The notes under the pieces are model-generated. The model did not search any database, was not told where the DNA came from, and worked only from the letters and a program-made list of their open reading frames with translations. Both the position numbers and the translations under genes were made by a program. This document shows positions 60,632-64,000 of a DNA stretch of 64,000 bases, piece after piece. Source of the DNA: an uncultured Gemmatimonadales bacterium (lineage in GTDB: Bacteria; Gemmatimonadota; Gemmatimonadetes; Longimicrobiales; RSA9); contig CAVUKA010000001.1 of assembly GCA_963741945.1 (NCBI GenBank), forward strand, positions 1,088,001 to 1,152,000, written 5' to 3'. How positions within the stretch are numbered: the stretch's first letter is position 1; each line of letters starts with the position of its first letter.

Positions 60632-60783
60632 GCCACCCTGGCCCTGCCTCGATTACGGTTGCGGGCGAACGCGGATCCTACCCCGCTGCCCATGGAAGGG
60701 TGCGCGAATCCCTCGATCCGGAGGCCCGGGTATGTTACCCTTCGCCCCTGGCGCGGGGCACGGGTCCATGTACGGGAGAGACG

Positions 60784-61707
60784 ATGAAGATCGGGATCAT
60801 CGGCGCGGGCGGTGTCGGCGGGTACTACGGCGGCGTCCTCGCGCGGGCGGGGGAGGACGTACGACTCCTCGCGCGGGGCAGTCATCTCGACGCCATACGA
60901 CGGCACGGCATCACGGTCGAGGAGCCGGACGGCACCACCTTCACGGCCGCCATCGACGCCTCCGACCAGCCGTCGGAGCTCGCCGGCGTGGAGCTGGTCC
61001 TGGTCGCCGTGAAGTCCTACGCCCTCGATGACGTGGCCCCCACCGTCGCCGAGCTGGCCCGCGAGGGCGCCGCGGTCCTGCCCCTCCTCAACGGCGTGGA
61101 CATCGCCGAGCGCCTGGCGGAAGCCGGCGTTCCCGACGAAGCCATCCTCGGCGGCGTCACCTACATCAGCGCGACCCGCGTCGCCCCCGGTCGCATCCAG
61201 AGGCGGAGCGACTTCCGCACCATCCTCATCGGCGAGCGCCTGCAGTTCCGCGACCCGGTCCGCGGAACCAGTGAACGCGCCCACCTCGCCGCCGCCGCAT
61301 TCGATGGCACCGGCGTGGACGCCCGCGTCACCGAGCAGATCGAGACGGAGCTGTGGCGGAAATTCGTCTTCATCGCCGCCATCTCCGCCGTCTGCGGCCT
61401 CGCCCGCGCCCCCATCGGGCTCGTCCGCGAGGCACCCCTCGGCCCCGCCCTCATCGGCCGCGCCGTCCACGAGGTGGTGGCCGTGGCACGCGCACGCGGC
61501 ATCGCACTCGAACCCGGTGAAGGCGACGCCGTGGTCGCACGCATCTTCGGCCTCGCCCCCGAGCTTCGCCCCAGCTTCCTCCTCGACCTGGAAGCCGAGG
61601 GGCCCGATGAGCTCGACACCCTCAGCGGCGCCGTGGCCCGGCTGGCCGCGCAATCGAGCGTGGAAACGCCCGTGCACGACACAGCCGTGGCCGCGCTGGG
61701 AGTATAG
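60784..61707 (+). CDS. panE: 2-dehydropantoate 2-reductase (ketopantoate reductase)
   Basis: MKIGIIGAGGVGGYYG, LVAVKSY, LLNG, LWRKF, SFLLDL, ELDTLSG. Confidence 0.88.
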   Translation: MKIGIIGAGGVGGYYGGVLARAGEDVRLLARGSHLDAIRRHGITVEEPDGTTFTAAIDASDQPSELAGVELVLVAVKSYALDDVAPTVAELAREGAAVLPLLNGVDIAERLAEAGVPDEAILGGVTYISATRVAPGRIQRRSDFRTILIGERLQFRDPVRGTSERAHLAAAAFDGTGVDARVTEQIETELWRKFVFIAAISAVCGLARAPIGLVREAPLGPALIGRAVHEVVAVARARGIALEPGEGDAVVARIFGLAPELRPSFLLDLEAEGPDELDTLSGAVARLAAQSSVETPVHDTAVAALGV

Positions 61708-61738
61708 ACTCCCGACCGGCGCTCACGTCGCGGTCAGC

Positions 61739-61945
61739 CTACTCCGTTGCCTTTCGCGCCGCCTCTCCCGCCTTCTTCTCCACCTTCCCGGCGGCTTCCT
61801 TCGCGGCGCCCTCGGCCTGCGTCGAGCGGTCCTTCGCGATCCGACCAGCCTCCTTCTCGACCTTGCCTTCCGTTTCCCGGACGGCGCCTTCCGTCTCGTG
61901 CTCCTCGCCCTTGCGCCTGATATCGCGTTCCTGTTCGCGGTCCAT
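61739..61945 (-). CDS. CsbD-like small stress protein
   Basis: GGAGGT RBS; 'EGKVEKEAGRIAKDRSTQAEGAAKEAAGKVEKKAGEA'. Confidence 0.7.
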   Translation of the reverse strand: MDREQERDIRRKGEEHETEGAVRETEGKVEKEAGRIAKDRSTQAEGAAKEAAGKVEKKAGEAARKATE

Positions 61946-62071
61946 GCGTTCACCTCCATTCGGGTAAGTGATTGCCCGAAACAAACGCATGTTTCAGGCC
62001 GCCACCATGGACCGGCCGCGAGGGAGGGGCGCCGCTGCGACGACACCGCCCACACCCGGCGCGCCGCGCCG

Positions 62072-62875
62072 TCAGCGGGGCCCGCCGGACATGAGGTCGG
62101 CGAGCGACGTCGCGTCCACATCCCCGGCCGACCGCTGCGCGGCGATGCGGCCGTGCCGCAGCACCAGGAAGGCGTTCCCGACCTGGAGCGCGTGTCGTGG
62201 GTTGTGGGTGACGAGCAGGACGGCCACGCCGGCGTCGCGCACACGATCAACGTGCTCGAGCACCAGCGTGGCCTGTCGCACACCGAGAGCGGCGGTAGGC
62301 TCGTCGAGGATGAGGGCGCGGGCGCCGGCGTGGACGGCGCGGGCGATGGCGACGGACTGGCGCTCGCCGCCGGACAGGGTGGCCACGGGTCGATCGACGT
62401 CGTCGATGCGGATGCCGAAAGAATGGAGGGCGTCCCGGGTGTCGCGCCGACAGGCGCCGGTATCCAGGCGGCGCAGCGGTCCACGCCCGACGGTCGGCTC
62501 GCGGCCGAGGAAGAAGTTGCGCCAGACGCTCATGAGGGGGATCACCGCGAGGTCCTGGTAGACCACGGCCACGCCATGGCGCTGCGCGTCGCGGGGCGAG
62601 CGGAGCGTCACGGTGCGGCCGTCCACCTCCACGCTCCCCGCGCTCGGCGGATGGACGCCGGCGAGGACCTTGATGAGCGTGCTCTTGCCCGCGCCGTTGT
62701 CGCCGAGGAGGCAGGTCACCCGGCCGGCGTGGAGCTCGAGGTCGACCTCATCGAGGGCCACGACGCGGCCGAAGCGACGGGTGACCCGGCGGGCGGCGAG
62801 GATCGGCGGGGCAGCGGGCGGTCGGTCAGGCACTCCCCCGCCCCGACCCGGCGTCGCTCGCGGGCGCGGGTTCAT
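62072..62875 (-). CDS. Sugar (CUT2) ABC transporter ATP-binding protein
   Basis: GDNGAGKS Walker [28 protein letters not shown]. Start overlaps the permease stop (ATGA). Confidence 0.9.
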   Translation of the reverse strand: MNPRPRATPGRGGGVPDRPPAAPPILAARRVTRRFGRVVALDEVDLELHAGRVTCLLGDNGAGKSTLIKVLAGVHPPSAGSVEVDGRTVTLRSPRDAQRHGVAVVYQDLAVIPLMSVWRNFFLGREPTVGRGPLRRLDTGACRRDTRDALHSFGIRIDDVDRPVATLSGGERQSVAIARAVHAGARALILDEPTAALGVRQATLVLEHVDRVRDAGVAVLLVTHNPRHALQVGNAFLVLRHGRIAAQRSAGDVDATSLADLMSGGPR

Positions 62876-63888
62876 TCTCCGCCTCCCCGTTCCGCCACGG
62901 CGCGTCGCGCGGCGCGATTGAACAGCACGGCTGCCAGCAGGAGCGCGCCGAGCACGACCTGGAACCAGTCCGCGCCCACGCCTGTCAGCACGATCCCCTG
63001 GCGCACCATGCCGAAGATGAGCGCGCCGAACACGGCGCCCACGGCGGAGCCGTACCCGCCGGTGAGGAGGGTGCCTCCGATCACGGCTGCGATGATGGCC
63101 CGGAACTCCTGGCCCTCGCCCCTCAGCGCGTCGGCACCGGTGAAGCGCACGGCCTGGATCACCGCCACCAGGCACGCCGCCAGGGCGGTGATGACGAAGA
63201 GCCCGACTTTCACCCGCGCCACGGGGACCCCGAGGTTCCGGGCCGCGTCGGCACCGCCGCCCGCGGCGAAGATCCAGTTTCCGGCGCGGGTGCGCAGGAG
63301 GACCCACGTGGCGAGCGCGGCGAGGGCGACCCACCAGAGGATGGCGACGCGGAACGGTCCGAAGTCGGCGGCGAAGAGAGCGCGCGCGGCCGGGTAGCCG
63401 GGCACGTCGTCGAGTCCGCCCAGCTGGGTGCGGCCCGTCGCCAGCCGGGTCACCGCGATGGCGAGGCCCCGCAGGATGAAGAGCGTGGCCAGGGTAACGA
63501 TGAAGGAGGGGAGGCGGGTGCGAACGACGAGCCACCCGTTCGCGAGCCCCACGAGGCCGGAGAACGCGGCGGTCGCGGCAATGGCCGGCCAGAGTGCCCA
63601 CCCGGCGCCGGCGGTCAGGAGCATCAGCAGCATGCTCGCGGCGCCGATGAGCGAGCCCACGGAGAGGTCGAACTCACCGGCGATCATGAGGAGCGCCACG
63701 GCCACGGCAAGGATCCCGAGCGGCGCGGCGGCGTTCAGGTACGCGGCCGTGCCGGCCACGCTGACGAACGGAGAGCCGGCGACGATGGCGAAGAATGCCC
63801 AGGTGACCAGCGCGCCAGCGGCCGCGCCGAGCTCCGGACGGCGGATCAGCTGCAGAAATCTACGCGGGCGTCCCGTGCGGTGTGCCAT
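62872..63888 (-). CDS. Sugar ABC transporter permease (RbsC/inositol-type)
   Basis: [33 protein letters not shown]...[21 protein letters not shown]. Confidence 0.9.
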   Translation of the reverse strand: MAHRTGRPRRFLQLIRRPELGAAAGALVTWAFFAIVAGSPFVSVAGTAAYLNAAAPLGILAVAVALLMIAGEFDLSVGSLIGAASMLLMLLTAGAGWALWPAIAATAAFSGLVGLANGWLVVRTRLPSFIVTLATLFILRGLAIAVTRLATGRTQLGGLDDVPGYPAARALFAADFGPFRVAILWWVALAALATWVLLRTRAGNWIFAAGGGADAARNLGVPVARVKVGLFVITALAACLVAVIQAVRFTGADALRGEGQEFRAIIAAVIGGTLLTGGYGSAVGAVFGALIFGMVRQGIVLTGVGADWFQVVLGALLLAAVLFNRAARRAVAERGGGE

Positions 63889-63895
63889 CGCCGCG

Positions 63896-64000
63896 CTACC
63901 GGATGCCCCGACGCGCGAGCGCCATCACGCGGGCGGCGTTGTCCCGGGTGACGAATCCGGGGCCCGTGCGCACCACGGCGCCGCCGCCGGGGAGGGTCAG
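63896..64000 (-). CDS. Sugar ABC transporter substrate-binding protein, C-terminal end (truncated by window edge)
   Basis: Minus strand reads [34 protein letters not shown], a typical periplasmic sugar-binding protein C-terminus (TGP.FVT..N), directly upstream of the permease. Confidence 0.75.
   Translation of the reverse strand: MTLPGGGAVVRTGPGFVTRDNAARVMALARRGIR

Overview
A GC-rich, gene-dense bacterial chromosomal segment, probably Gemmatimonadota (inferred from the Hanks-kinase family 'RYRIEQELGEGGMANVYLAEDLKHDRRVALKVLKPELAAVVGADRFLAEI'). It holds about 48 mostly metabolic, peptidase or signalling CDSs: a cluster of three Ser/Thr kinases plus a PP2C phosphatase, recQ, glpD, gdhA followed by a receiver/ATP-grasp (PPDK_N) protein, a Mo-hydroxylase pair, lat, dcp, a CYP152 peroxygenase, class I fumarase, cysK, a hybrid histidine kinase, uvrA, panE and the end of a sugar ABC operon. 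I saw no tRNA, rRNA, CRISPR array, transposase or prophage. Two genes (the first kinase/beta-propeller gene and recQ) each carry a single +1 frameshift, probably sequencing errors. The 1807-aa ORF at 3796-9219 is an artefactual fusion of two paralogues. The most striking unexplained element is the ~800-bp intergenic region at 41359-42158. It contains a cluster of co-oriented DnaA-box-like sites and a near-consensus sigma70 promoter. Directly behind the promoter lies a ~290-nt, densely base-paired putative ncRNA with two candidate pseudoknots and a 3' hairpin, whose motif order recalls (from memory only) the actinobacterial RNAP-binding Ms1 RNA. All product calls come from motif recognition; no database searches were run.
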